A stretch of 63,839 nt of DNA, counting the filler, from Asterionella formosa (Eukaryota), in assembly GCA_002256025.1 (NCBI GenBank). It is 7 parts of 7 records of this genome, joined end to end, with 100 filler letters (N's around TTAATTAATTAA, not from the genome) between each part and the next. Parts side by side here need not be neighbours in the genome. Positions count along the whole stretch, not along the records: positions 27,482 to 36,523 come from NKIB01011254.1; positions 36,624 to 45,635 come from NKIB01011285.1; positions 45,736 to 54,745 come from NKIB01011296.1; 4 more parts are not named here. One strand, written 5' to 3'. The notes beneath the pieces are model-generated. The model was given only the letters and a program-made list of their open reading frames with translations, was not told the origin of the DNA and made no database searches. Shown piece after piece: positions 35,371-47,246 of the stretch. The translations under genes were made by a program, and so were the position numbers. Numbering within the stretch: the stretch's first letter is position 1; every line of letters starts with the position of its first letter.

Positions 35371-36523
35371 TTAATGATCACATACCATATCAATTATTTC
35401 AAATTCTTCAGGCGGAATACTGAGATCGCCTAGACCAACTGTAGTAGTGGAAATAAATGCAAACCAATAGGCGCGAGAAAGGGAAAATTTATTGTCAGTT
35501 CGCTGGATGACGAAATTTTTCACGCAAAGCGACAAAACCAGCATCCACAAAATGAGTAGACACAGCCAAAAAAAGACGGCCAAAGGCCCTTTTGTAAACC
35601 TCGACAACCTAGCACGATGGAGTATATCGTCACATATGACAAGCATAACGTGTCCAGCTGTAGCATTGAAAGCAATGGTGGCAATTATGCAGAGAAACCC
35701 ACAAGTGTAAACCATGAAGCGGCCACCATCGGTATGGGGATAGTATGTTCCATAACCAATCGTTGTCATGATAGTAAACCAAAATAATGCCCCACCAGCA
35801 GTGCTTACTTTGCAGGGAATGCTTCCAGTAGCATGGGCTGACGCATTATATAATGCATAAGTTCTGTTTTCTGTGGTTTCAAGTGGGTCATATTTTTTGG
35901 AAAAGTCGGCTAGCCACTCTTTGATATAAGAGACAAGCTCTTGTTCGTAGTTACTCTTCGTAATTTTCTCAATGCCCGGGTCATGTGGGCATTCTGTCCA
36001 GTAGAATGTTAGTGCGGGTATAGCATTCTTCAAATAGTCTTTTGGTTCTGTCAAGATTGGCAATTGGGTACTATTGCTGGCAGCACATGAAAGGAGTGCA
36101 TTGAGAAGCCTGAGTTTATCTTCGCTATTGACAAGCTCAGTGAGATTTTGATTACTATAATAGTCATTCAAGCAGTTCTTTGGGGCTTCTCCAATGGCAT
36201 TCTGAGCTTGCGTGGTTTCGGCAACATATGCTTTGTATTTGAGTAGTAGTGCCGCCAAAATTTCATCATTCCTTTGAATTTCAGCTGCTGATTCCAACTT
36301 TGCAATTCCCCACCCAAAAAGAATGGACAAAGAAATGAGTATTTCCATGGGCAATAAAACTTGCGTTAAAAAGTAATACGATCGGGGAAAATGTGAAGCA
36401 ATTCTGCGCATAGGATGGACGTTGTCCGTGACCTTGCCTTCTATTCCGGCGTTCGCAACATTCTCGTGGATGATCTGTCGATTCTTCTCCGCCCGCTCCC
36501 CATCAAAGCCAAGTACATCAGCT
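35371..36523 (-). CDS. Two-pore-domain (K2P-like) potassium channel, partial
   Basis: Two pore loops, FWFTIMTTIGYG and YWFAFISTTTVGLG, with flanking TM helices and a long M1-P1 loop. The frame is open to the scaffold end at 36523. A probable intron donor (ATG|GTATGT) precedes the gap. Confidence 0.88.
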
Positions 36524-36623
36524 NNNNNNNNNNNNNNNNNNNNNNNNNNNNNNNNNNNNNNNNNNNNTTAATTAATTAANNNNNNNNNNNNNNNNNNNNN
36601 NNNNNNNNNNNNNNNNNNNNNNN
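36524..36623. other. Artificial scaffold-joining spacer
   Basis: N44-TTAATTAATTAA-N44. Confidence 0.97.
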
Positions 36624-36867
36624 TAAAGGCTCATCCTCCAATCAAGGAATTTCAAGTTCAGAATATTGTGGATACCAGTTTGCTGCATCATATGCAGCTC
36701 GAGCTACTATTTATAGTACATTGTGTATTTTCACCAGGAACATGGGTTTTCCAACATGATTTGATTACAGATATGTAATTGATATTGGGATATCAATGTC
36801 GATAAGTGATAATTGACAAATGACTACGTCGTGATAATTTCCGTCGTCGTTCTTGCGATTACAAGGT

Positions 36868-37230
36868 TGTTGATGAGGTTTTAATCCTATTGGATAATCC
36901 TACTACCTTGGATAACCATGGACGAGGTCCTTATTCTATTTATTCAAGTATATGCCAATGGTCCAGTTACTTTTCAACAAACTATGCATACTACGGAACG
37001 AATTAATATCCATTACATCAAACCTTTTCAAAGGTAAAAGGTTTTCCCTTGGTGTGGGAGAGTGAGCGATCTTGCGCATCAATACAGATGCATATAGGGT
37101 TAGTGTTATATCATATATGAATAAGAACTCAATAATGAGAGAACTCGACTAACCCTCATTGTATACTTTGGTGTCGACTTGGAGAACGAGTTACACACAA
37201 GGATTAACAAATAAGCTCATATATTCAACA
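36868..37230. mobile_element. Possible solo LTR
   Basis: 363-bp non-coding segment bounded by TGTTGA...TCAACA. No matching 5-bp target-site duplication (aaggt versus aatac). Confidence 0.3.
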
Positions 37231-37734
37231 AATACTACTACTTCTAGTTAGATACTTCAGCTAGCTCCTCCATGGTGTATTTGGAGTTTGACTACCTATG
37301 CATGATTTCCCTATCATCATGACTGCGGCGGTATGTGTTAAGGACAAAGTCTTGATGGATCTGTTTGTTACCGGGTACCAGACCAGGGTACCAGGTACCT
37401 TAGGCAGAAGAAGGAACGGAGTTATAATCTAGCAGGTATATACCAGGGTACCTGGTACCAGGTCCCTGGAACATAATCTACTTGGTAGACTCATGCTCGC
37501 CTCGTCATCGTAAGATACCAGGGTATCATCACATGAGAAGGGTGACGACGGTGTTTGTATGTGAATAACGCATTACTGGATGTACCGGATAGTAGCTAAT
37601 ACCGGTACCTGGTACTCAGGAATCTCAAAAAATGAATTAAAAACCACAGCCACGAACGGGCGGAATTTTGCTTGTTTGTTTGCACACGCTTTGCGTTGCT
37701 ACTGTTTGATTGACCACTACCGGTACCGGGTACT

Positions 37735-38400
37735 ATGATTTTGTCTTTCCTCACCTCTCCGTCAACGACTTACATTCCTTTATCGTTCGGCGTCCTAGCA
37801 TTCGTGATTGTTCTGCCTACGAGAATAAAGGGTATCAGTCAGGAAAGCCGGCGTCGCATCGGACACGCAACGTCAGGCCAAGGATTGATTTGTATCAGTT
37901 ACGTTTTACCGGCTCATTGGAGCATCATTGCATTATGGCTTGCTTCGTCCTTGCTGGCCTACCTGGTGTACATGTTTCCACAATACTACCTGCGAACCTT
38001 TGGACCCTTGCTTCGATCACATGAGCTCAATGGACACGCATTACCAGGGGCATTTTACTTTTTGGTTGGAACGGCAATAACTGCAACATTCTTCGAAATG
38101 AATATAGCTCGATATGCTCTCTTGTGCTTATCGTGGGCAGATCCTATGGCTGCTTGGATCGGCCAGTTTATCGAGTCACCCAGGATTGTAAAGGGCGCAT
38201 CTTTGGCCGGTTGTCTTGGATGCTTCGTTACGGCTTGGTTCATTGGTTTTCTAATGCTGGACGACTGGGTCCGGATAGCATTAGGAGCAGCTGCATGTAC
38301 GCTTGCAGAAGCTACGCCGATATTTGATGACAACTTTGTCATCCCTGTAGCAACAGCCACGTCGGTTACCATACTATTCGATTTGCTGATAGGGAGATAG
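37735..38400 (+). CDS. CTP-dependent polyprenol/phytol/diacylglycerol kinase family membrane protein (VTE5/DGK1-like)
   Basis: Multi-TM protein with RRIGHATSG, LSWADPMAAWIG, ASLAGCLGCF and DDNFVIP motifs of the cytidylyltransferase-like kinase family. Confidence 0.85.
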   Translation: MILSFLTSPSTTYIPLSFGVLAFVIVLPTRIKGISQESRRRIGHATSGQGLICISYVLPAHWSIIALWLASSLLAYLVYMFPQYYLRTFGPLLRSHELNGHALPGAFYFLVGTAITATFFEMNIARYALLCLSWADPMAAWIGQFIESPRIVKGASLAGCLGCFVTAWFIGFLMLDDWVRIALGAAACTLAEATPIFDDNFVIPVATATSVTILFDLLIGR

Positions 38401-39335
38401 GGTTTGTAGATCTAGAATCGTTGGTGCGAATATCTAAATCTAGGTATTTAATCTACTAAAGAGTATCTGACAACGATTTTCGGTTACCTATGCAGTCAAA
38501 GGAAACGCCAACTACCTTGGATGCATAGGATCAGAGTCTCCAGTAAGTGAATGTCACAAAAAAGTACCGGTATGCACTGTTAGCTCTGATTACATATATA
38601 ATCCATGCGGGCTGTAGTTATCAGTGATACTACCCCGGCAAGCAACTTGAAGTGCGTGCACGTGTCGTGCTGCTCGAGGATCACCTTTTGAACACCTTTT
38701 GCTTGGGTTACTGATCTATCAGTTTCCTGGAAACTATTACCGGTATATGTCTAATGGGAACAGTTGCTTTCAATCCAGGCGCAACTTGTATCGCCAGCAA
38801 ATACATTTGAATAACAACAGATACTACAACTTTAGCGATACTGGTACCTGGTACCGGGTATGTATGGTCTAATATACGGTATTGTAACAAAAGAAGAACC
38901 AGGTACCGATACCGGTATTAGTTTTTTCGTAATATGATACCATTGGTCGGTATGATACTTAACCCTTGTACCAGGGTGGGTACCTGGTACCAGTACCTGG
39001 TACACTGTCAAGACAACTTCCTACATACGTACAGTATGTATAACATAAAGTACCTGTACCAAGCTGTCTGCGGCGGGATTAGAAGTTTCTAACATGATAC
39101 CAGGTACCATCACGGCACAAATGTACCAGTGGTATATAGGTCTACCTTAACAAGTTGCGGTAAATGGGCAATTTCGCTGTGTTGTCCATGTACCTAGTGA
39201 AAACCGTCTTTTACCACAACTCAATTACCGGTACCGGTATGTCAAATTGGCCTATAGACTGTCACTATGATCTCTCTATTAGCAGATGTGTATCATTTTA
39301 TTGATTTACCTTTTATTTCCGTTCAACCATCAACC

Positions 39336-41814
39336 ATGTCGTCAAGCGACGAGGCCTCAGCTCATCCTTCTGATGACGAAGAAGCGCGAATCCTAGACGA
39401 TGCCGACGAAAATACTCTTCGTATCATGCTGTGCACAGACAACCATCTTGGCTACGCTGAAAAGGATCCAGTCCGAGGAATGGATTCATTTGCCGCCTTT
39501 GAGGAGGTCCTATACCTGGCAAAGGAGTACAAGGTGTGTTTATGCCTGCCCAATTTGGCACTGCGTGCTTCGTGTGCATCACTAATCAGCTCAATTAATT
39601 TTCGATTGAAAAACTAGTGCGACATGGTCTTGATTGCTGGAGATCTCTTTCACGAAAACAAGCCTTCTCGCCGAACCATGTACACGACAATGGAGATTAT
39701 TCGCCGCTACTGTATGGGGCCCAATCCCGTGCGAATTCAAATCATTTCAGATCAAGCAACAAACTTTCGCAGCGTATATGGAACCGTTAACCATGAAGAT
39801 CAGTTTTATTCCGTAGGTGAGTTTCTATCGAAAGCATATTTCGCCAATTTCAAATTCCATCGGCGGAGCATCTTACTTGTTTGCGTTTCGTTTGGTTCTC
39901 GTAGACCTTCCCATCTTCTCCATTCACGGGAATCATGATGATCCCACACGCGAGGGTGGAACTGATATGCTTGCTGCACTTGACCTGCTAGCGGTTGCGA
40001 ATCTTGTCAACTACTTTGGAAGGCAAGACGAAGTTGACAAGGTGGAAATCTCACCTGTCTTGATACAGAAGGGAGATACAAAAGTAGCTCTATATGGGAT
40101 GGGCAGTATGAGAGATGAACGTCTCAACCGTATGTGGCAGGGACAGAAAGTACGATTCATGACTCCCGAACACGATGAAGACGAAGAGAAAAGTTGGTTC
40201 AACATTTTTACGTTGCACCAGAATCGGGATTTAGGACGTGGAACGAAGAATTGTGTTCACGAAAGCATGATTCCAGAATGGATGGACCTTGTAAGTGGGG
40301 CTGGATTTATCATATGGAAATGCATGATAATCGTGCATCCTGACCAAAAAAATGCAGGTTGTTTGGGGCCACGAGCACGAGTGCTTGATTGACCCCTCGG
40401 AATCAGTCGTAGGTACCTTTCGCATCGTCCAACCTGGGTCCAGTGTGGCTACTTCGTTGACAGGAGGAGAAGCTGTGCGCAAACAGGTGGGTGTATTGGA
40501 TATCAAGGGAAATCAATTCCGTATGCAAGCCATTCCTCTCACGCAGGTTCGCGCATTCATGATCGGCGAGGTATCACTTTGCGGACGCCCCGAGTTGGAT
40601 CCGGAGGACTCAAAAGTCGACGCTAAAATTGCTCGCCTTCTTGAAGATGAAGTCAAGCAACTTATATTTGAAGCAAGAAGCAAGCACGAAGAATTAATCA
40701 AAGATTGTCAGTCGCTTGGAAATCATCTCAAGAAAGTGGAAAAAGCAATCAAATATATCCTGCAAAAGCCGAAACAGGTGTTGGTTCGTCTCAAAGTGGA
40801 TCATTCTGGTTTCTCGACATTAAACAATCAACGCTTCGGCGCCAAGTTCGTTGGGGATGTCGCGAATCCGGTAAGTTTTCTTGATCAGATTGCCGAATCA
40901 AAAGGAAAATCATCTCAAAAATTTTACTATTTTCATAGGTCGATCTTCTCCTTTTCCACAGGAAACGCGAAACTGCCGATGGCAAGGGAAACGCCAGAAA
41001 GAAGAAAAGCAGCGCAGTAGATCCCATAGCTCCAGAAGAACTAGAGGAGATGAATGTTGAAGATCTTGTCAAAGAGAATCTTGAACATGCAGCAAAAAAG
41101 TTGGAGATTCTCGACGAGGAGAAACTCAACCTCTCTTTAGACGATTATGTGTCCAAGGAGGTCAGGCAAGCTTTGACTGATGGTGTCGCGGCGATGTTGG
41201 ATAAGCAACAGAAGGCTCTAATCAAAAGTCGCAACGATGATGGCGAAGGTGTTTCAACTGGTGCTCAAATTCGAGAGATTGTTCAAGAAAAGGTTGATCG
41301 TCGTGAACACGAGAGCAGTAACCAGAGGAAGAAGCGGAAAGTGGCAAATGAGATCGATGGCGATGATGAAGAGAATGACGTTGTTGAGGTCGTTGCAAAA
41401 CAAAACAAAAATAGACCAACAAAATCACAAGGGAAAGCTTCGATACCAATAAAAAGAAAGCTGGTTCAAGATCCAAGTGACGACGACGAGGAAATTGAGT
41501 CCATACCTCGTGGTCGAGGAGTTCGCCAGAACAATCGTACTGTCAACTATAAACAGCACGATAACAGTAACAGCAGTGATGAAAGTGACGCCGCTGATTC
41601 TATTAATGATGATGACGATGACGAGAAAGAACAAAAGGGGGTCAAAATCCCAATGAAACGGACGACTAGAACCCAAAGTAAGAAGCCAACAATTCCTAAG
41701 AGGACCCGAAAGAAACTTTCTTCATTTAAGGATGATAGCGACGAAGAGAGGTTTGGAGGCAGCTACGGTGTCGATGACGACTGGGGAACTGCAAATACCA
41801 ATACAGAAAAATAG
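39336..41814 (+). CDS. MRE11: Double-strand break repair nuclease MRE11
   Basis: Five exons: 39336-39533, 39618-39816, 39905-40290, 40358-40870 and 40939-41814, all GT-AG and in frame. Phosphoesterase motifs TDNHLG, GDLFH, IHGNHDDP, LHQNR, WGHEH and QPGSSVATSL. Confidence 0.97.
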
Positions 41815-41827
41815 GTAATTGAAGTCT

Positions 41828-43557
41828 TTATTTCAATCTAATTGGCAAATCCTCGCAATCCTGCACCATGCTCAGTAGTACATTACGGCCCGGCAAACTC
41901 TGTTGATAAGCTTTCGTCGCTTTGAGTGCAATTAACAAGTTGCATTCATCTGGCGAGAGATTTCCAATATCATTCTTCCTTTCGTTGTCGCATGATATGT
42001 GGATAGGCGATGGTAGGATTTTCTGCGACGCGATGATTTCTTCTTCTTTCCAAAGTGCTGTACCTTCAATACATTTCATAACTTGCGATACAGAATCGAA
42101 ATAGTCAACCCGATTTTTTTTATTTGACCTTTCAATGCCGGGTGGAAAATAATACCTGTCATTCGGGCGGTTTCCTACCTCAGAGCGCCACCCCAAGCGC
42201 ACGAGAGCAGGCCATATGAAGTCATGAAAATGCTGCACGGCGGTTCCATTATTGCGTCTCGTCCGCGACTCCCGGTCGAGTGATGATGTGGATATCGAAG
42301 CAACGATAGTATTTCTTTGCTGATCGGCCAGTGAATTATAGACGAGGGGATCGACGGGCTTCAAATCACCACTTGAGAATGGAAGTGGCGAAGCTCGCGA
42401 GGCTGGATCTGCAGTATGGGTTGGAACAGCCTCATAGTTTCCTTTATTCCTTTTGTGAATAGAATGCCGTGATCCAACCACAGAGACACCACCTTCTTCG
42501 ATATCGATTGCTCCCCCATCCTCTGAGGCTGTGAGGACCCTGGCATCTGGTTCCGACGTCACCTTCAGTGGCTTTCGTTTTGAAGTTAGACTCCCATTCA
42601 GACTCCTTTCAATCGCAGACTTGACCAAGAAATCTTCCCGAATTTCACCTTCTTTATAGTTATCATGAGAATAATATCCTTTGTTGGTTTTGTTTCGAGC
42701 ATCCTGAGTTTTATAATCCGTTTCTGGGGAACAATCTTTCTTGCTTTTGTTTCGATTGCTGTATTCCGTTCGTAGTTGCTCCACACGCGCCATAATTCTC
42801 TCCTTAGCAGCAGCATTGAACTGATTGACACTACCAGATGGTTCAATCTTCATTTTTTTTCGTGCTTCCATCGGATCCCAGCCGTAGGTATACCGCAACC
42901 TTGAATCACGGTCCACCAGCAGTGCGTTTGCTGCCTTGTCTGCCGATACCTTGTTAAAAAGCATTTCCCCTAACTGGAGAGCAAATAGCAAAGCGCATCC
43001 ATTTCCTTTCGCCGTCACTACATTGTTTTGAATGACGATATCGAAATCTGAAGGATCTGTCATTTTCTCTCGATACTCCGTTCGCGGGAAACAAGTAGCT
43101 CCAGGAGGGGCAAGGTCTGAAAAGGACGCCAGGACAATCGCAGGAGAACATCCGAGCGCGGCATACAATTTATTGTCTCTCTTTTGCCGTCTGAGTAGTT
43201 CGATCAATACTACAGATTTCCGAAGCTCGTGGGCTCCATTTACACCACCGGGGAGCACAATTAAATCCCAACCATCCTCTGACCTGCCAGCTTCGTCCAT
43301 ATGCATATTCGCCTGAAGCTGAAGTGGCAATCAAGAAAGGTGAACACTACAGCACAGATAATACAGAACATGTTAGAGCAATACATGCATGCACAGACCT
43401 TCGCGCCTTCACTCATTTCACATAAAATTTCGTCCACAGAAGCAATAAAAACAAGAGCACCAAATTTCCCAAGAGTGGAGAAAAGACAAGCTGTTTGAAA
43501 CAAGCTGCTTCCTTTACCGACTGGAATTAGAACTCGTTTCTTCTTCTCGCTGGCCAT
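41828..43557 (-). CDS. DJ-1/PfpI (ThiJ)-domain protein with a long C-terminal extension
   Basis: Exon 1 43557-43399 (KKRVLIPVGKG..), intron 43398-43319, exon 2 with DLIVLPGGVNGA, YAALGCSPA, ATCFP and VVTAKG..ALLFAL, followed by about 350 aa of extension. Confidence 0.85.
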
Positions 43558-44034
43558 GACTGAAGTCAAAGTCTTGCGCAATAAGCAAAGCAAGGTAACG
43601 GAAGCTGAGAGAATGATTTGTTAAACGCGAGAGCAAGTGAACCTGGTCTTTAATCCATTAATTTGGGCTTGTTCCTTCGATCAGCCAAGATACGCACATC
43701 AACAGAAATTTGTCCTGTGTACACAGACTGCAAACTGCAAAGAAGATCTGATAATGAACATTCGAATACATCAGGGGTACCTGGTTGTACCGGTGTACTA
43801 TACGTTGCAATCCCCACCCTACGTAGATATCATCTTGCTTTTCGATGAGCACTGTGGGTGTCTAAGTAATTTATGGTATCTCTAAGTAATAAGAGGCAAT
43901 ATAGGGGATTTTCGGGAGTCAATTTTAGGTTTGAGCAGCAGGGACCATCGAGCAACGTCAGGAGAAGAATTTTCATGCGAAAGCAGCCACATCAAAAATG
44001 GATGGAGCCCCAAATGTTCATGATAAAAAGTAAC

Positions 44035-44224
44035 ACAAGAATGATTGTAACAAGCATCTCAAAATTCGAGATGAAGTTTTTAAGCAACCAAAGTATGAAA
44101 CGGAAATCAAAAGGTAAGAAGCAGCAATGACAATCAGGGAATAGAATAAAGAGTGAAAAAGAAATTGAGTAAGTGGAAAATTCATTTCAAAAATTGTTAA
44201 TGCATGTTCATCACAATTGCCAAC
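44035..44224 (+). repeat. Dispersed repeat A, copy 2
   Basis: Matches 17525-17718. Confidence 0.85.
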
Positions 44225-44500
44225 TTACACTTCTTTCATGTTGTTGAAGCAAAATAAATGAAATGTCAACTCAGGCATGGAGAAGCAGCAACCAATACTA
44301 CTAGTTAAAGCGTCTTGGGAGCCAATGTTGCTTGCTGGAAGAACTGTGACTTGTGGTGGTTTTGGAGGAAGCAAAGCAGCACTGGCATGATTGTAAACTT
44401 TGGTGGTGTTGGTTTGGTGTGATATTACTATATTGTAGGAGAAGGAGAAAGATGACCCGCCCAAATGCTGGACTTTCAAGAAATGGGATCAAGATCAACA

Positions 44501-45635
44501 TCCATCTACGACGCCGATTACTGGTACAGCCACCACAAAAAAAACGCTAGTCAAATATGATCACCCAAATTTATTATTTGGGTGGCCCAATATGACGAAT
44601 TTAGCTACGTACATAATTTAAGGGTATGACATCACAAAAAAATATGATGCATCATACAATATATATCGACGGAGTGAACTAAAATAGTTTCGACAACTTC
44701 CATAATTATTTTAGAAACCCACATAATTTTTGGGGCCAACTGACAATATTTTCTTGCGGTACAAAGAAAAATTTGTTCAGTAATAATCTCTATAACACGG
44801 TACTTTTCTCTACAATTCACAACATTTCCGTTCACAAATATTCTTCCCTCTGACTACCATTCATTCTGTTAGTTTGCTCCCATTTTATCTTTACTTTGAT
44901 CACATTAATACCTCAAGGTTAAACAAATATATATGCTAGTCAAACAAATAATTATGTGTAACCAATTCACTTTTTCAATTTCATTCTACAATCGCAAAAT
45001 CAATCAAATTAATCGCTTCGCTATATATTTTATATTGATACTTTCTATAGAACGTGATTCTCAAACCAATATGACAATCAATGGATGTTCATTCTTGCAG
45101 CTGGATGCTGTAACTAATCGCAAGATTGCTTGGCTACTCACAGTACTTGCAGGAATCCATGTTACTACTACCGGTAGATCAATTCATAGCAAATGAGCCG
45201 GCTGCTCATTCTCATTGCTCAGATTGATTGTCTTTTGTAGAAAGAGGGAAACATTTGCAGAGTGAGTTGATGAGAAAAAAAGTTACGAAGCCATGATTTC
45301 GGTTCTGCTGTGCTCCTTACCATGTTCCCCAATGGCCAACCCAGCCCTGATCATATGATTGTCAGCAATCAGTTAACAACAATCATAGAGTGAGTTCATG
45401 AACAAACAATCGTTACAAAGGCATCATTTTCGTTGTGCTTAGCTACCATGCCGCAGCCTGATTCCCAACAAATCTCTCGCTCAACAGATTGATTGTCTGT
45501 AGACAAATAACAGCGTTTGCAGAGTAAGTTCGTGATCAACAAGCAAGTAACAAGCACACAATCAAGCCCTTTTTATAATTCATTACAAATAGCAATTCAT
45601 GCGCTAACAATTCCGAACAAAGACGAAGGAGAATA
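44501..45635 (-). mobile_element. Dispersed repeat B, copy 2 (truncated by the scaffold end)
   Basis: Reverse complement of 24270-25416. Both copies give the same spurious ORF text, FILILSIERDSQTN..NGCSFLQLDAV. Confidence 0.9.
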
Positions 45636-45735
45636 NNNNNNNNNNNNNNNNNNNNNNNNNNNNNNNNNNNNNNNNNNNNTTAATTAATTAANNNNNNNNN
45701 NNNNNNNNNNNNNNNNNNNNNNNNNNNNNNNNNNN
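45636..45735. other. Artificial scaffold-joining spacer
   Basis: N44-TTAATTAATTAA-N44. Confidence 0.97.
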
Positions 45736-45985
45736 ATGAATGTTGTTGTGTAAGCAAAACATGAACAGCTAACAATAAATTGCTTCTCTTTGTTTGTATG
45801 GCTGATTGGAACAACGAAACGGATTAAATAGTAATAGGAAAATGCGTGAATGCAAACTCAGAATAACCCTCAGGAGTAAATGGAACAAAGCAGGAGAACA
45901 ACGGCAAGGCAACCAGTACAACAACCTTCAGAATTGGATTGGGGCGAAGTTGGAAGTGAAAGCAGCACCAACAATCATTGCGATG
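45736..45985 (+). repeat. Dispersed repeat D, copy 1
   Basis: Near-identical to 55382-55625 (atgaatgttgttgtgtaagcaaaacatgaacagctaac...aaccagtacaacaaccttcagaattggattgggg). Confidence 0.9.
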
Positions 45986-46199
45986 AGAGCAATTGTAGAA
46001 CATTCTGTAGCCACTTAAGATACAGAATCACAGAACCATTCTTAGCTAAATATAGTTCTAAATTTCGATCAATTTCATCCTATTTCAGACAGTGATATCG
46101 ATGAAAATTACGATCATGCTAAGATAGATGTATGACAAAAGTATGTACATCATAGCTATGACCATGTTTAACTAATTATATGATGCAATGGTAGTATAA

Positions 46200-46340
46200 C
46201 TATGATAGTCTCATCATACTTCAAGCTTGGTAAAAGTTTACTGCATGATCATAATTATATGATACATTGATCATATTTTTGATCGAAAAACTATCATATA
46301 TGTGAAAATCCTGTGCCACTTAGCGTACGATGCCCTTGAT
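46200..46340 (-). repeat. Dispersed repeat C, copy 2
   Basis: Reverse complement of 26663-26800. Confidence 0.85.
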
Positions 46341-46778
46341 CACATTTTCATGATATTTCTTATTTACAGACGATGGATCTAAAAACAACCTATTTGGATT
46401 CATTGGAGAATATATGAAGAGGGTGCTTGCATCAACCTGCTGATTGTTGTTTCCATTACTAGCTGCATTCAAATACAGACAACTTTTCGATTTATTTCTG
46501 TGAAATGGTAGCATTCATGCCATGATGTTAGTGTACTTCGAGGTCAACAGCACTATGAAAAGCGGAGCAAAACATCCCAGCTAGCAGTAGAGTAATTGTC
46601 GCATGAATTAAGCTAATCGTTGTGACAATCCTTAGTATGTATGAATAGTTTTGTCTAGCTCCATTGTGATGAAACTACTTCTACATCATGCTGTTTCTAC
46701 AACGAAGCATGAATACCAGCTTTAAAACTCCAAAAAAATTTATTTTTGTTACTTCGCGATTTTCAACTTCTTTGTCTT

Positions 46779-46862
46779 TCAGCCAATCTTGGCCACATTT
46801 AAGACTTTAAGGTTGCTGTATATGTAATAGCATAAGTCCAAAATGTGGCCAAGATTGGCTGA
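46779..46862. repeat. Perfect 22-bp inverted repeat (hairpin) with a 40-nt loop
   Basis: tcagccaatcttggccacattt (46779-46800) pairs with aaatgtggccaagattggctga (46841-46862). Confidence 0.95.
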
Positions 46863-47246
46863 CAAACGAAAGAAAGAAATCGTTTTCGATCGACCCTAGT
46901 AATTTCCTTTCCCTGATTGCACTGACGATACCAAAATTAATTGCCCTTTTTAGTCGCTTCTAATTTGAAGCACAACATGATGCATGTGCGCAGGTATTTC
47001 CCACCAGCCCAGTACCAGATACCGGTTGTCTATGCAGTGCTGTCGTGTCTGAATCTGAATGCTATTAAAATAAAGCATATATATGTATAAAAACATTCAT
47101 AGATGGATATCTTACTTTATTCAAACAAAAAAAACAAGAAGGAGAAATCAATCTGCTGCCATCGGCATCAACAAAAGAAAAAATAATCGAGCCATATATG
47201 TAATGAAATGGCATGTTATTTCCGTTCCTCTCTGGTTCGACAAGAA

